NCBI RefSeq assembly: GCF_036321535.1
Contig: NC_087447.1
Location: forward strand, 52,206,001 to 52,270,000
Length of the DNA: 64,000 nucleotides
Reading direction: 5' to 3'
Origin: Camelus dromedarius
Lineage: Eukaryota
Shown: in pieces, positions 14,070 through 26,445 of the stretch
How the letters are laid out: every line of letters starts with the position of its first letter
How positions within the stretch are numbered: the stretch's first letter is position 1
Translations under genes and position numbers: made by a program
The notes under the pieces: generated by a model
What the model was told of the DNA's origin: nothing
The model's database searches: none
What the model saw: the letters and a program-made list of their open reading frames with translations, nothing else

Positions 14070-14325
14070 CCATGTGTTATAACAGAGTGGGGACTCTGGA
14101 ACTGGACAGAAGTCAGTTCAAATCCCAGCACCCCCATTTACTTACTATCCATGTGATTACTGGCAAATTATTTAACTCTCTAAGCTGTAGTTTTCTTATC
14201 TGTAAAATGGAGCTAATACCTAATCCAAAGAGTTGTTGAGAAGATTAATGGGATATTGTATATCAACTATTTAGCATAGTGGGTAACAGAGGTAGGTATT
14301 TAATAAATGATAGCTGCTATTATTA
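14070..14325 (+). mobile_element. MIR SINE, near full length
   Basis: Core gttcaaatccca...ggcaaattatttaactctctaagctgtagttttcttatctgtaaaatgg and 3' end aataaatgatagctgctattatt. Confidence 0.85.
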
Positions 14326-15114
14326 GAATTAGGGTTAACTGTTTTAACATTGTATAACTTCACTCACAAATTCACAAACCAGAAAATAACCCTTTGCCAG
14401 TCTAAACTGTGTCAAAGTTTGAGTCAAAAGCTATGGTCCTCCTAAATATGAACCTTGCCAGAGAGAGCTGAGACAAACCAACCCAGTGACGTGGTCATGG
14501 GGCGAACATACAGCTCAGCAGGAAAGCAGCAAGATGGGGTCAGGGCCACAAGTCCCAGCCCAAGCCCACTGTGTCATGCTTTCCTGGGACTCTGCCCTTC
14601 TCCTTGAGAGCAACTGTCCCAAGCATACTTACATTATTACTTTTGCCATAGTTTAATGTCTTATTCCCTCTGTTAGAATCTGAACTCCATAAAGGTAACT
14701 CAGGACCTAATTCATTGCCTTGCACATAGCCAGCACTTAGTATATATTTGCTATGAAACAATGAATGAGACAGGAGACCTAGGGTCTGTACCTCCTGCCT
14801 GGCTAACATGTGGGATCTTGGGAAAGTTACTTTCTCTTTTGTTCTCAGTTTCCTCATCTATGACATGGAGGTTTGAACGAGATGATCAGTTAGGTCATCT
14901 ACAACTACCCAATAGAGAAGGTCAAAACAACTTCAAATTTGATGATTTTGTTCTTAATTTCAACAAACTTAGCACCCAAAGAATGGCAGGCATGTGTTAA
15001 TTCTGGGCTACACAGAGATGTGATATAGTCTCTGCCCTCAGTAATTTTATATTCTATTTATCTATACCCTACTTTCTTCCAGGACCATTTTAAATGAGTC
15101 TTAAAATCTCAAAC

Positions 15115-15405
15115 AATACTTTTCAAAGTGAATTCTGTAAACTACTAGTTCTGTGAGGTCCTCAAAAACTAGCTTCTGTGGTCAAGTAAGTCTGGAAAAC
15201 AATACAGCTTATATTCTTATTCTAGAGTGTCACACTGAATAGCAATACATTAAAGGCTCTGAGAAATCTCACAATAAAGAGACCCACTTATTTGATTATC
15301 AGAACATTTTCCAGTTGGACCTCAGAACTCTCCCCCCACCACACACAACCATTCACAATAATGTGGAATATTTCATTCCACAGAAGCCTCTTTGGGAACC
15401 CTGCT
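15115..15405. mobile_element. Degenerate hAT-Charlie-type DNA transposon fragment
   Basis: Left end ttttcaaagtgaattctgt and right end ctttgggaaccctg followed by ctctag resemble Charlie/MER112-113 termini; family not certain. Confidence 0.45.
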
Positions 15406-16099
15406 CTAGTAAACAACTCTTAGCACACGGTGCCTGGTGCACACATCCTGTGCTGCTCTAAACCTGTGGAGGAGCCCGTGGTCCAGGGAGGGTGAGCTCT
15501 ACATGTGAAATCATGGGAACGCTCTCTCCACAGTCAGTTTCTTCAAATGGACAAGCTTATGCCCTGAGGGTTTGCCCTGTCCGATCAGCCTCCAGGTTCC
15601 AGAAAGACCTGGAGTACCTGTGGCTTGAATGAGGTCTGCTCTCAGGCTGCAGTCTGCTTCTGGAATAGTCACATCCCTATTAGTCAGGAAGAGTAAGTCT
15701 CCTCTAGGGTGACTTGCTGCCTTTCTTAAAGCTATACGCCCATCCTTACCCACTGCTAAAGCTCGTTAATTCCACAAACGCTGAAACTCATCAATAATTC
15801 AGAGAGCCCAAGTGACATGAACAATCCCCTCTGGAAGGACTCACACCAGGCATTTGCTAGAGCCAAAATAATGTAATTTTAAGGTTTAGAGGAGGGCCAA
15901 GCTTTTCAAAAGAAACGATGCCCTTTAAATGACAAGGGACCACTTTATCTTCAACCTTCTGCTTAAGCTTGTGAAGAAGGCTCCCTGGAAACATCAGGTG
16001 TGACTAGAAGGCTTTCAGAACCACTGAAGGTATTTATTTCTTACTCAAGTGGTAAAGGAGCTATGCGACACACTTATCATACAATAAATGCCCCATTTC

Positions 16100-16335
16100 T
16101 CAATGTTTCTCTTTCTGGGCTTCTTGTACTTTTTCATCCCTACAGTCATTCCCTAGACAAGGTCACCATTATCTCCTACCTAGATGACAGCTGCAGTCTC
16201 CTAATTGGTCTCTTTGTCCCCAAATGTTCCTCCTCAACTCCTTTCCCACAATATGGCCAGACGGATCCTTCCAAATCACAAACGTCACCAAGTCATTATC
16301 CTGCTTTAAAAAATCTTCAGAAGCTTCTCACATGT
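16100..16335 (+). mobile_element. LINE-2 fragment
   Basis: caccattatctcctacctagatgacagctgcagtctcctaattggtctc...gccagacggatccttccaaatcacaaa is a typical L2 3'-ORF signature. Confidence 0.7.
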
Positions 16336-17614
16336 TACAGTCCACAGTCTTGGTCTATGAGTCCCTGCCTAAGTTGTGGTGGTGGTGGTGGTGGGGGGGG
16401 CAGTCTCCTTGCTAAGTGGCATGGGACTTCCTCTATCACAACTTTCAACATACTTTGTTGGACAGATTTGTTTTAGTGTCTTCTCTGGTAGGCTGCGGGG
16501 AACCCCAGAGCAGAGACCATTTTTGCCGTGTGGTGTCCACACTGTCCAGCACTTAGGAGAAGTTCAGCATGCTCATTGACTGAATACTGTTTCTTCAGTG
16601 TCTACCAATGCAACCAGAAAGCAAAACACAAGAGCCAGCTTCTCTCTGAACTGCAAAATAGTACTCTGAAAAGACCTGAGCTTGCATTGCATAGACCTCT
16701 GAATTCTTTCTGAGGGATTATAAGTACTCATTATACCACAAAGCCAGCCGGATGGGGGCTTGGTCCAGACCTAGAATTTGGCAAGAAACATTTGTCTTTT
16801 AAAGGAAGTTATAATTCATGGGCCTAATCCAACTAAAGATTTGGTGATATTTTCTGAACTAAAATCAGAACATGTGATTTGAGAGAGAATATGGGTCACT
16901 TCCTGGGGAGAGTGCCAGCTTGGAAGACGTGGTTTGGAGGAAAAATACTGGAAATTAATGGGACATTCTTGACCTACAGTGACAGAGGAAGGGATATGGG
17001 AAATAGGGATTAGGTCAGGAAACACAAATTCCTGGTTCTCCTGCTTACTACAAGCGTGGCCGCTCAACACCCTTAACTTTAATTTCCTTTTCCGGTCAAA
17101 TGAGTATAATGATATCTGTTCCCTTAAAAAATTCACAGGATTCACTTAAGACTCATGGATAAGAAAAAACTACACATAGTAGGAAAAAATCCACCAAATG
17201 GTTGGTAACCTTATTAAATTTAATCCAACCTGAGGATTCCTCTGATAATTATTATGTGTGAAACGCCTATTTTAAAGAGGCTCAGAGGTGCTACTCTTTC
17301 TCGCTGAAATAATTTGATTCTTGGTTGAAGGCCAGTATGTAAAATGCGCTTCTCAACACCAGGCATCCATTGGATGGGCCCTAGTGCCACCTTTGCTGTA
17401 TCTGGCAAAGATATCCCAGTTGAAAAGCATGTAGTCATTTATGTTTCCCTAAAGCCCTTGCTACCAATTTTTAAACAGCAGTTGCTCTCTCTTATTAAAA
17501 GCCAATTTTACCTTTTTCTTTACAATTTCAAAAATTAGTTTGGCTAATGAAGTCCTTCTCCAAATGAAGGGGGAAACTAATAATTTGATGATAAAATAGC
17601 CCGGCCAACACTAC

Positions 17615-17835
17615 TGTGCATCACTCCTGCCCGTGTACTGAGCACTTTACATCCATTACTTAACTCGGTCCTCACGCCAGCCCTACAAAGCAGGCCCCGT
17701 CATCACCCTCATTTTATAAAGACTCTGAAGGGAAGGGAGGTTAAGAAACGTGCCCAAGGTCACCCAGTTCATTAAGTGTTGAAGTTTGGATTCCAACTCA
17801 GGCTGTCTGACTCCAGAGTATGTGTCCTTAACTGC
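17615..17835 (-). mobile_element. MIR SINE
   Basis: cattttataaagactctgaagggaagggaggttaagaaacgtgcccaaggtcacccag...ggattccaactcaggctgtctgactccagag. Confidence 0.8.
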
Positions 17836-17967
17836 TGAGCACATCCTTGGTGCCGGGTGCTGTGTGAGGGCTAGAGACAACAAGAGGGCTATGGCGTGGA
17901 GTTTCTCCTCCAGAAGCCTGGAGTCTTTTAGGAGCACACACATCTGATCTTATATTCTTATTCTCTC

Positions 17968-18125
17968 TTTTTTTTTAAGACTAAAAATTTAAAAAAAATT
18001 TGGGGCTGAGGGGGAAGGTCATTAGGTCTATTATTATTAGCAGTAGTAGTAATAATTATAATTTTTAATGCAAGTACTGAGGATTGAACCCAGGACCTCG
18101 TGCATGCTAAACATGCACTCCTGAG
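17968..18125 (-). mobile_element. Camelid tRNA-derived SINE (Vic-1-like), 5'-truncated
   Basis: Minus strand reads GAGTGCATGTTTAGCATGCACGAGGTCCTGGGTTCAATCCTCAGTAC (B-box), then an A-rich middle, CCTAATGACC..CCCCC and a poly(A) tail. Possible TSD cttattct at 17957-17964 and 18127-18134. The family name rests on a recalled consensus. Confidence 0.8.
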
Positions 18126-18854
18126 ACTTATTCTTAGAGCAATGAGGCCCCTTTGGAAATTTAGGGACCATCTACTTAATGTAAATGCTTAAAATGTAAG
18201 GAATTACTTTGCCTGGAGGGAACACTCTTAATGAAGATAAAACTTACCAAAGTCAGGCCTTCTCTGAAAAGGAAAAAAAAAATCCAAACGACGGACCATT
18301 TAATCCCTGAGGTCAGGGGTCTGTTTTCCCCCATTTCTCCAGAGCCTGGCAGTGTCTCATACACAGTTTAGTACTAGCGGCTGTGCCCCACGGGATTGTC
18401 GGGTGAATGAACACCACAGAAATAGAATGTAGTTCTTAAGAGGTCTTAGCTGGCCCTGGGGTCTCTTCTTGTCTCAGGCCACCCACCCTGGTTCCCAGCA
18501 TCTGAATTCTGAGGGACCAGGGGCCATAAGGAGTGGGCAGGGTGACACGAGATGGGATAGGAAGGGTGATGGGGTGCATGTGCGTCAGGAGGGAAGCACA
18601 ACAGCATGATGGTAATGTCACAAAAGATTGAGCGCTTTGGGGGGAAGAATGACACTCTAGGTATATCAACCACCTTGTGACCAAAACCCCGTCCCCTGGG
18701 CAGTGGACGCTGTGACAAAGCCGGGGATGTGGCAGCACTGAGACACCATGCTTATGGGGTATATATACATTTCTAGATACACACTTCTTCCATTTTGCTC
18801 ATACACAAACACACACACAAAGACAATAGGAAAATAGAAGAAGGAAGACCATAC

Positions 18855-18881
18855 CTTTAACTACCCTATCCAGATAGTGCG
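18855..18881 (-). CDS. TENM4: Teneurin-4 27-nt microexon (A)HYLDRVVK, the insert between EGF7 and EGF8
   Basis: Minus strand reads ctgtcttttatttcccaag|CGCACTATCTGGATAGGGTAGTTAAAG|gtatgg. It preserves frame and joins ...HCTI to EGCPG..., as in the recalled human TENM4 (HCTIAHYLDRVVKEGCPG). Confidence 0.95.
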
Positions 18882-20339
18882 CTTGGGAAATAAAAGACAG
18901 GACATTTAAGGTAGGCTCAAGAAAGTGCAGTACTGCCTGTCACAGGACCATGCCAGGAGTTAAGGAGACAAAGGGGGCTGCACCCCACATTTGGGACAGA
19001 CCTGCCAGGGTGGGTAAAATAAAATGAAAGACAAGACAACACAAGAGAGAAGGAGGGCGAGCAAGCACATTCTCTGGGAAGGACGGAAAGGAACGTCAAC
19101 TCGTTCTGCGATCCAGGCATTTGGAAATGTGATCATATGAACAAGAAGACACATGGATAAGGAAAGCAAGAGAAAAAGCAGGGTGGAAGCTACAAAAGTG
19201 GCCATACTCCTGCTCCATCAGATTTATGGAAAGTTAGAATTTGCCCCTTTGTCTACCCAGAGCAGCATCCAACTTCCCGCCAGGGAAAGCAGCGGGACAA
19301 GGGCCAGTGCACTCTGTCTGGGCAAAGGTGCCCCCAGGAGGCTGGAATTTGGAAATAGGCAAAAGGTGAATCATCTTTGATAAGAACTAGGGAAGTGGGT
19401 TGAGTCTTTGGTCAAATATCCGCTAGGTTATCTGTTTGCCATTCTTGAATTTTCCGTGGACTTGAATGCAGAATGTCTGGTGTTCTAAGTGAGATGCATC
19501 TCTCCTTTGTGCATCTTACAAAGATTGTGAGGTGCAGGGCAATGGGTATCACTGTGAAAGACAAGAAAAAGGAAGGAAAACCTGATCACTTCTCAACGCT
19601 TATGAACTCAAAAGGTAGAATGAGATACACTTGGCTTTCCAATGGAGGGGTCACATCTAAGCACTGAATTATCTGGTGACCTAAGATTTCGCTTCTTTGT
19701 GAGGGTGGGTGTCAAATGTTGCTCTGAAATAGACCTGCTGTGCGTACACACGGGTGCCTGGCTGTGTGTTTAAAGCAGGGCAGGCCTCTTCATTCCCAGC
19801 ACGAATCAGTAGCACCCTTTCGCCTTCCTGTCAGTCTGGGGTCACAGCCATTCAGAGGGGTTCCCTTTCATCTCCTTCTTTACAGCTTCCCAACACGTGC
19901 TCCCACAGAGGCCAGAGAGATGGCAGTCGCCTGAAGGGTTGATGCTTTCAGCCGGGTTGGCCCCCCCCTCAGCTGGATTTCACATGTGAATCAGAAGTCC
20001 ATAAAGAGAGGACTGGACTGCAATGGTGAGGCCTTATCTGGAAGCCCTCGGGTTCTATAAACCGTAAGAACATTCTTACTCTCTTCATAAAAATTATAAA
20101 TTTTATGTTTTCAATCCTCCGGATAGGACAAATGCTGTTGCTGTTCATCAATATATATTTGCCTCAAAAGACTGGTGGATGAGAGGCTATGTTCTTAGTT
20201 CAGGCATCCATGTGGTCTGTGCTTCAAGATGAAATATGCTCCTGGAGGCTGCATAGCCACGTGGAAAATTGGGAAGAGGAGATTTTAAGTGGGTCTGCAT
20301 GCTTCTCCTTCATTTTTATAGATGGCTTGGAGTCCATGG

Positions 20340-23300
20340 GATTACAGGGTATAAGAAGGGAGAGTGAAGGGGAGTGGTGTATAAAGGAGGAGTAAATAAA
20401 CAAAGCTGTGGAATGACAGACAATGAAAAACAGGGTCAGCCCACATGAAAAACAGCCTAGGAGACATCTTTGGCTAAGGCGAAGACTTTCTTGATTCTTG
20501 GTTTGTCTGACACTTTCTTCTCAGTCAACCTCATTCATTCATCAAACTTTGTAAAGTGATCTAAAATTTCTTCAGACATCATCTCCCAGGAGATGCCATC
20601 AGAGAGTGATAACACACAGGATCTCCTGGCTCAGCTGGTGTTCTTAGCTTCCAGATCTGCAGAGTTTTGTGGAGGGTCGTAATCATATATTCTTGTAATA
20701 ACTCTGAGCCCAGCTACAGAAGAGATGGAGTGAGCCTAGATTTCTCTCACAAGGTTGGCAAGGATGACTAGGCTGGATGACACACCATCACTGTGATTCA
20801 AATGGCCATTCCACCGTGCAGCATCCACTGTGAGGGAGTTCTCTGACCAGAAGGACATCGTCTCTAAACTTAATGGTGATATCATGGCTCTGGTGAAGAG
20901 TAAAGGTTATATCCACTTTTTGGGTTAATGTCCCCAAGCCCAGTGGTTGACCTCAGAGAGCTTTCTCTCTCTCTTCTAATGTCATTTCATTTACAAGAAT
21001 TATTTAGTAATTAGGATCTCTATTAAATGTAGATATGTTTTTAATACCTTTAAAAATGCTGACTAATTTCTCAGACTATAGGCAGGAATGGCCGCCAGTG
21101 GAAGTGACTGAGGCAGACCCAGGTTGCAATCAATGTTGTGGGTTTCAGGAGACAAGAGTGGACTCCACAAATCAAGGGATTCCTTCCCTACACAGTGACC
21201 TCAAGCCACACTGAATCCAAGAGCTGGTAACAACCAATCAATACCAAGTCCAAGAGTTCTCTGGGACTGGAATGGAGCTTCCTTGTCTCTGACTATTGAA
21301 AATGAAAAGTGATACCTATGTCTTTGAAATCCAAAGCCATTTATTCATAAAAGGCATATGCAGAAGTGAATACCATTGTCACTTTCACTGTTTGAAAATC
21401 TTGGCACACATGCCCTTGAGTACAGTGATTTGAAAATTTTCCATGATTTTAAAGAGTTAACTTTAAGAAAAGATGATGTGAGTCCCTAAGTTTGCATTAA
21501 GGAGGGTGCATTCAGGACTTCCCCAAATTCCTTCACCTTTCTACTCAGACTTCAGGATGAAGACGATGGCAGTAGAGTCACCTTTCCTCTTGGGCCATGC
21601 TTATTTTTTCAACATTGCATATATGTTTCTCGTGCTTCTTCTATATCCCTGTCACTCTGCAACAGAGTGGAGATAGTGGAGGCACACAGCTATTTCTAAG
21701 ACAAGTTCTGAACTTCTGGCACAAGATTAGCCTGTGAGGTATCAGATCTCTTTAGCACTTCTATGATCTCCAATATGGAAGCTTCTTTCCTTCACTTGCC
21801 TGTACCAACAGAAGTTTCCAGAAGTTTCTCCCAAGAAGCTTCAGGGGCCCCCTATCAAAGGTTGTGAAGAACATGGTGAAAAGCTTTTTCCTTCTTATTC
21901 TCCAGAAGCCTTAGTTGACACTAGGAGCTGCATCATTGGTACAGGTTAGGCCAGATGAAACAAGGGTCATTATAGCAGGTGATGCTTGAGGTGGCTACAG
22001 TCATCTGAACTTCTTGTAGATGGATGACAAATCATCCAAGAGATGTTCCTGTTAAGTTCTTGGATGCATTAATGCTATTCTCTCTTTGGATGAAGTATCA
22101 ACGAGTAGTAGGTGGCCAATGACGCCCACCCTGAGAGGACTCATGGAGCCTTCAGTTCCCCACTCCTACCATGTATGGGCTGAAATCTCCCAGAACCATC
22201 AACTAATCAAGCTCTTGCTCTGATAACTTGGGGTAGACCCCTGTCCATATTCTTTCTTCTCATCAGCATTTGTCCTGCAGCTCCCGGGTCCTGAGGTGAG
22301 AGAATGCCTTTGGAGGAGAGACAAGCACTGGGCTAGCCTATCTCCCAGGCACTGATACCTGTGAATGCCTGTGAGCTCTTGGTTAAGGACGGTCTGATTA
22401 CAAAAAAGAAACCCAAGAGCTACCAATCAAAAGTGGATAAAGAACTCCTGAAGACTGTGTGGCCTTTCTTTATAATGTCTCTGTATTGTGAAGTCTGGCT
22501 TTGCTCACTCCAGTAATTGCATCCTCAGAGTATTATTTTGATCTTTACTCCCAGAGGAGGATTTGTTTAAGAATCAAGATTTATATGATTGGACAGCTCT
22601 CCTGAAGCCTAGTAAATAATTCCGTATATCTGGCATGTTGAACAATCACAGCTTTGGGGTCAAGGTTGGAATTTACAAATGTAATCAGAAGCTGGCATTT
22701 CCCACATGTGTTTTGGGACTTTATAGACAAGGGGCACTGAATTGAATAAAGTAACTATTGTAGAAGTGATCCAAAATGTTGGTAAGTGTTTTCAAAGAAA
22801 CAGGAAAAAATTAAACACATTCTTAAATTTAGCTATGATTTTCAGCATTCTCTAAAGAAATTGGAGGTCAAGCCCCAGACTTAAGAGACTCATAAAATTC
22901 CTGGAAAAGACATCCAAAAATGTGTTTCTGATGACTCTGTGTTGACCATATACTTAAGAAAGGGATCCAAATCAATCCGTCTTAGTTCAACTTCTGGACT
23001 AGGGAGACTGGGTTCCACATTCGCAAATGGTGTATTAGTAATGAGTGACAGTGAAAACGAAAAAAATCTTTTTCTTTGTGGGATGGTTTTAGGAGCAGGT
23101 GATGGGTGTGCAGTCTGTGTGCAGTTGAGGAGGGGCTGGAATTCCACTACCCCTGCAAGCCTCCTCTAGCCACCCCACCCTGTGATTCCCAGAGGAAGAA
23201 ACTGAAGCCCCCAGTGACCATGTGGTCTGCCCACAGTGCTTTCATCAAGACCGTCCTTGAAGATGCAGCGAGACAGATAATTCCCTAACATAAGGAATTA

Positions 23301-24000
23301 AGATTCAGCATGAAATATTCTTGCTTTTTGACAAAAATACTGTCATTAAAGAGGATGATATTGCCAAATTTCCTTCTGTTCTAAAACCAACCTGTTTTGA
23401 GAAAAATCAAGTAGCTTTCATAAAAGTAAAGGTGGACCTAAGCTTCCAAAAGGAGATTTAAGTCCTATAATTTGCTCTAGGAAATGTCACTGGGGTAAGA
23501 AGCTTCTTATGCTGGGGACTTGACCATAAGGAGCCCACACTTGTCTTTCTCTTTTATGCCAGCTGTTGGGTAATCAAGTCATTCTTTCCTGCTTATTGAA
23601 GGCAGCAGTGTGCAAAGAAACAGGCCCTCCTGTCTTTGCCTTCTACTGCATGGAGGTCCCTGAATCACTGTCCTGGACTCTGGCCTTTTCTCTGTTAGGG
23701 GACATAAACTCACCACAGCATACAAATTAGCTGCTTTATAATGACCTATTGAGTAAAAATGAAATCTGATAACAAGAGAAAATTAAACACTTCGAATTTC
23801 TAGCTTTTTACACCAGCAGCTTTTGCTTTTCCTAAATGCTCCTCACCAGGAGTGAAGTTCCCTGGGAACCTAAAAAAGTGCTTCTTGCTACCAGCAAAGA
23901 TCAAAAAGGGGTTTCTCCTTCTCAATTCTATTCCAAAAAGAAAAAGAAGGCACACCATTGTTTCCCTCATTGGCAACCCACACCCTTCCCCTTGCATCTA
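20340..24000 (+). pseudogene. Candidate decayed multi-domain (3-4x) TK/TKL-like protein kinase gene, nested antisense in the TENM4 intron
   Basis: Manual translation gives kinase-subdomain-like motifs in collinear order, broken by stops and frameshifts: GE*RGVVYKG (20359), LHSDLKP (21188), KSDTYVFEI (21305), WTA/PEA...SFGV (22590-22661), VAFIK...FQKEI*VL (23411), LLYNDLLSKN (23731), LLTRSEVPWE (23839). Confidence 0.55.
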
Positions 24001-26445
24001 ACAAGGTTACTGGAGTGTTCCTTCAGCACTAGGGTGTGGGGTTTCCATTGAGGATGCAGCTGGCCACAGGCAGAGACGCACAGAGAGCAAGATGCCATGC
24101 GGGGAAATTAGATGGGGACAAAGGAAATGTTCACCACACAATGAAAGGTAATAGGATTCCCAGCCAACGTCCTTTCATCTGAGCCACTATGACTAGCCCA
24201 TTACTTCTCCAATGCCCTGTGACATTTCTCTGGTATTTATGACTGTCAACCTCCCTCTTGAATCGTGCACATTTACCTTGATGTATTTCTTATCTGGAGG
24301 GGAAAAAGCATCTGCAATCCCAAGGAGAAATTTGCTCTTAAAAAGTGACAATGGGGTATGCAGGGGACGTGGGAGGGGATGGTCTGACTTCCTGACATCA
24401 AAACAGAGGGTTGCTCTGCAAGCTAGGCTGATGAACATCCACGAGACATGAGATGGAGCACAGTCTTCCCACAAGCCCTGTCATGAGTTGCCAGTGCCTG
24501 GACGCAGGGAGAATTTCCCTAAGTCCCTTGTCATTTGACTCAGATGAGATGCTTGGACATCCATAAACTTTTTGGAACTCAGTAAGCTGAGGACACTGTA
24601 AGCAAGTGAGAGAAGACAGAATGCACTCTCTCTGGGCTCTGATTTTGGTTTTAATAGGGATGGTCCCGCTTCTGGGCAGGGAGGCTAGAAGGTCAGCCTG
24701 TCCTCAGTCACATGGAAAAGTGAAGGTGATGGGAGAGGAGAGTGTAAAGGATCGGGTCTCTCGGGTGACTAGGGCCACTTCTCTTTAACTGCCCAGGACA
24801 GCTGTGAGATAGGATGACACTGACATCAAGAGGCCACCCAGAGGCGCACAGTGAGACAGTGTGGCACACTCTGCTATGGAAAGGCAGGGCGGGCTGCCAC
24901 CAGCCATGGAGCAGCTTCCCTAAGATTGTGGCTGGGCAAACTAGCTGTGGAACTCAAGCGTGACTGTGATAAAAAGGCACAGCCTCTGGGAAGGATAAGA
25001 GCCAGATGTCTCCACAGAAAACCTGGGCTTTGTACTGTAAGGACCACAGAGCAATCAGCTGGTGAGGAGCCCCTGCACCAAGACTCAGAAAGCAAGCCTC
25101 TGTTTTACTTCTTACAAGTCAAGTGACCTCAGGCCTCAGGTCCCTGAAAAGGAGGGGATGATACCTATGGGAGTACAAATAATGCAGTTAAAGCCCTTAG
25201 CACAGTGCTTGCCATACTGTACTCAAAACTCAGAAGCCATTATGACTAATATTAATAGGTGTAAGGTACTCCACAGCCATTTTTAAACAGAGTGATGTTG
25301 TGGGGGCAGAGATAATGAATATAAACTAATTTCATGCTATAAAACAAAAGGAATGAGGCCTAAAAAACCATGCAATAAGAGGTAGCTCCATTTGCTCAAA
25401 AGTCCTTTGTTCGTCATAATCTTTGGGGCTTGTCTCCCAATTTCTATAAGATTTTCAGAGCTGGAGAAGCACCCAGAATACTGCCTTCTAAAGCCATGTG
25501 CTCACCATCTGATCACAGACCCTTCCTTTTAAAAAAAAAAAAAAAAATGGGAGGGGAAGTTAAAACACACATACACAAACCAGTGGATTCCATAAAGACC
25601 CGTTTGGTGAGTGTTCATTCCAGGATAATAAACCAAGCCAACGTCTGGCTGTGTTTAAAATCAACAAAACCAGCAGGAAAGGCAAAAAGAAGGGAATGGA
25701 GTGATCAGCTTGTTTTGAAAGCTGGCAACAGTGCTGCTTCAGCAGGGGCTGGTGCCGAGGAGCCCTCAAGAGAGGAGAAAGGAGACAAATGCAGACGGGA
25801 CAGGAGCCGAGGATGGGGGTTGGGGGGGGTTGGAGGGGACAGGCCTAATGGGAAGCAGATGTGGCCTGGGGCCTGTAGGAAGCTTTCCCCAGGATTCCAG
25901 GCCCCTTTGGGAGCTCTGGCCTAACAGGCTAGTGGGTGTGGAGGGTTCAGACCTCCCAACCAGATCATAAATTTGATCTAATGGCTACGTTTATTGAGCA
26001 CTGTACAATGTGCCAGCCTGTGCTAAACTCTTTACATGCATTATTATCCATGTGATTTTATAGGTGAAGAAACCGAAGCTCAGGGAGGCATTGGGAATTG
26101 TGCATAGCTGCTAAGTGATAGAGCCGCCTGCCTCATTCTTGAAGCCCAGCTCCTTGTCACAAAGTTATATTGCATTTGGCCCTGGGAGGACTAAACAGCA
26201 AGGCATGTGGACCAGCTGGCTGAGATCTGGGAAATGCAAATTGGTAGGGAAAAGGTTAAAAAATGCCCAATTGTGAGTTTAAGTGCAATTGATGTCCAGG
26301 AAATGTCACCCATAATGTCATCAGATGAAAGGACTTTTGCCCAGTTTCCACATGCAAGGGGACCCCGCCGTGGCCCCCAAGTGCCTGACAGATACAGGCA
26401 CCCAACAGCCCCAGAGAGGAGGCGCCGGGCCTGGGCCCACCATAC

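Noticed and set aside
20200..22300. Endogenous bornavirus-like element (minus-strand KEKHAD; plus-strand ITWGRPL)
   Set aside because: These are isolated 5-7 residue resemblances on opposite strands with no collinear support; the + strand kinase motifs explain the region better.
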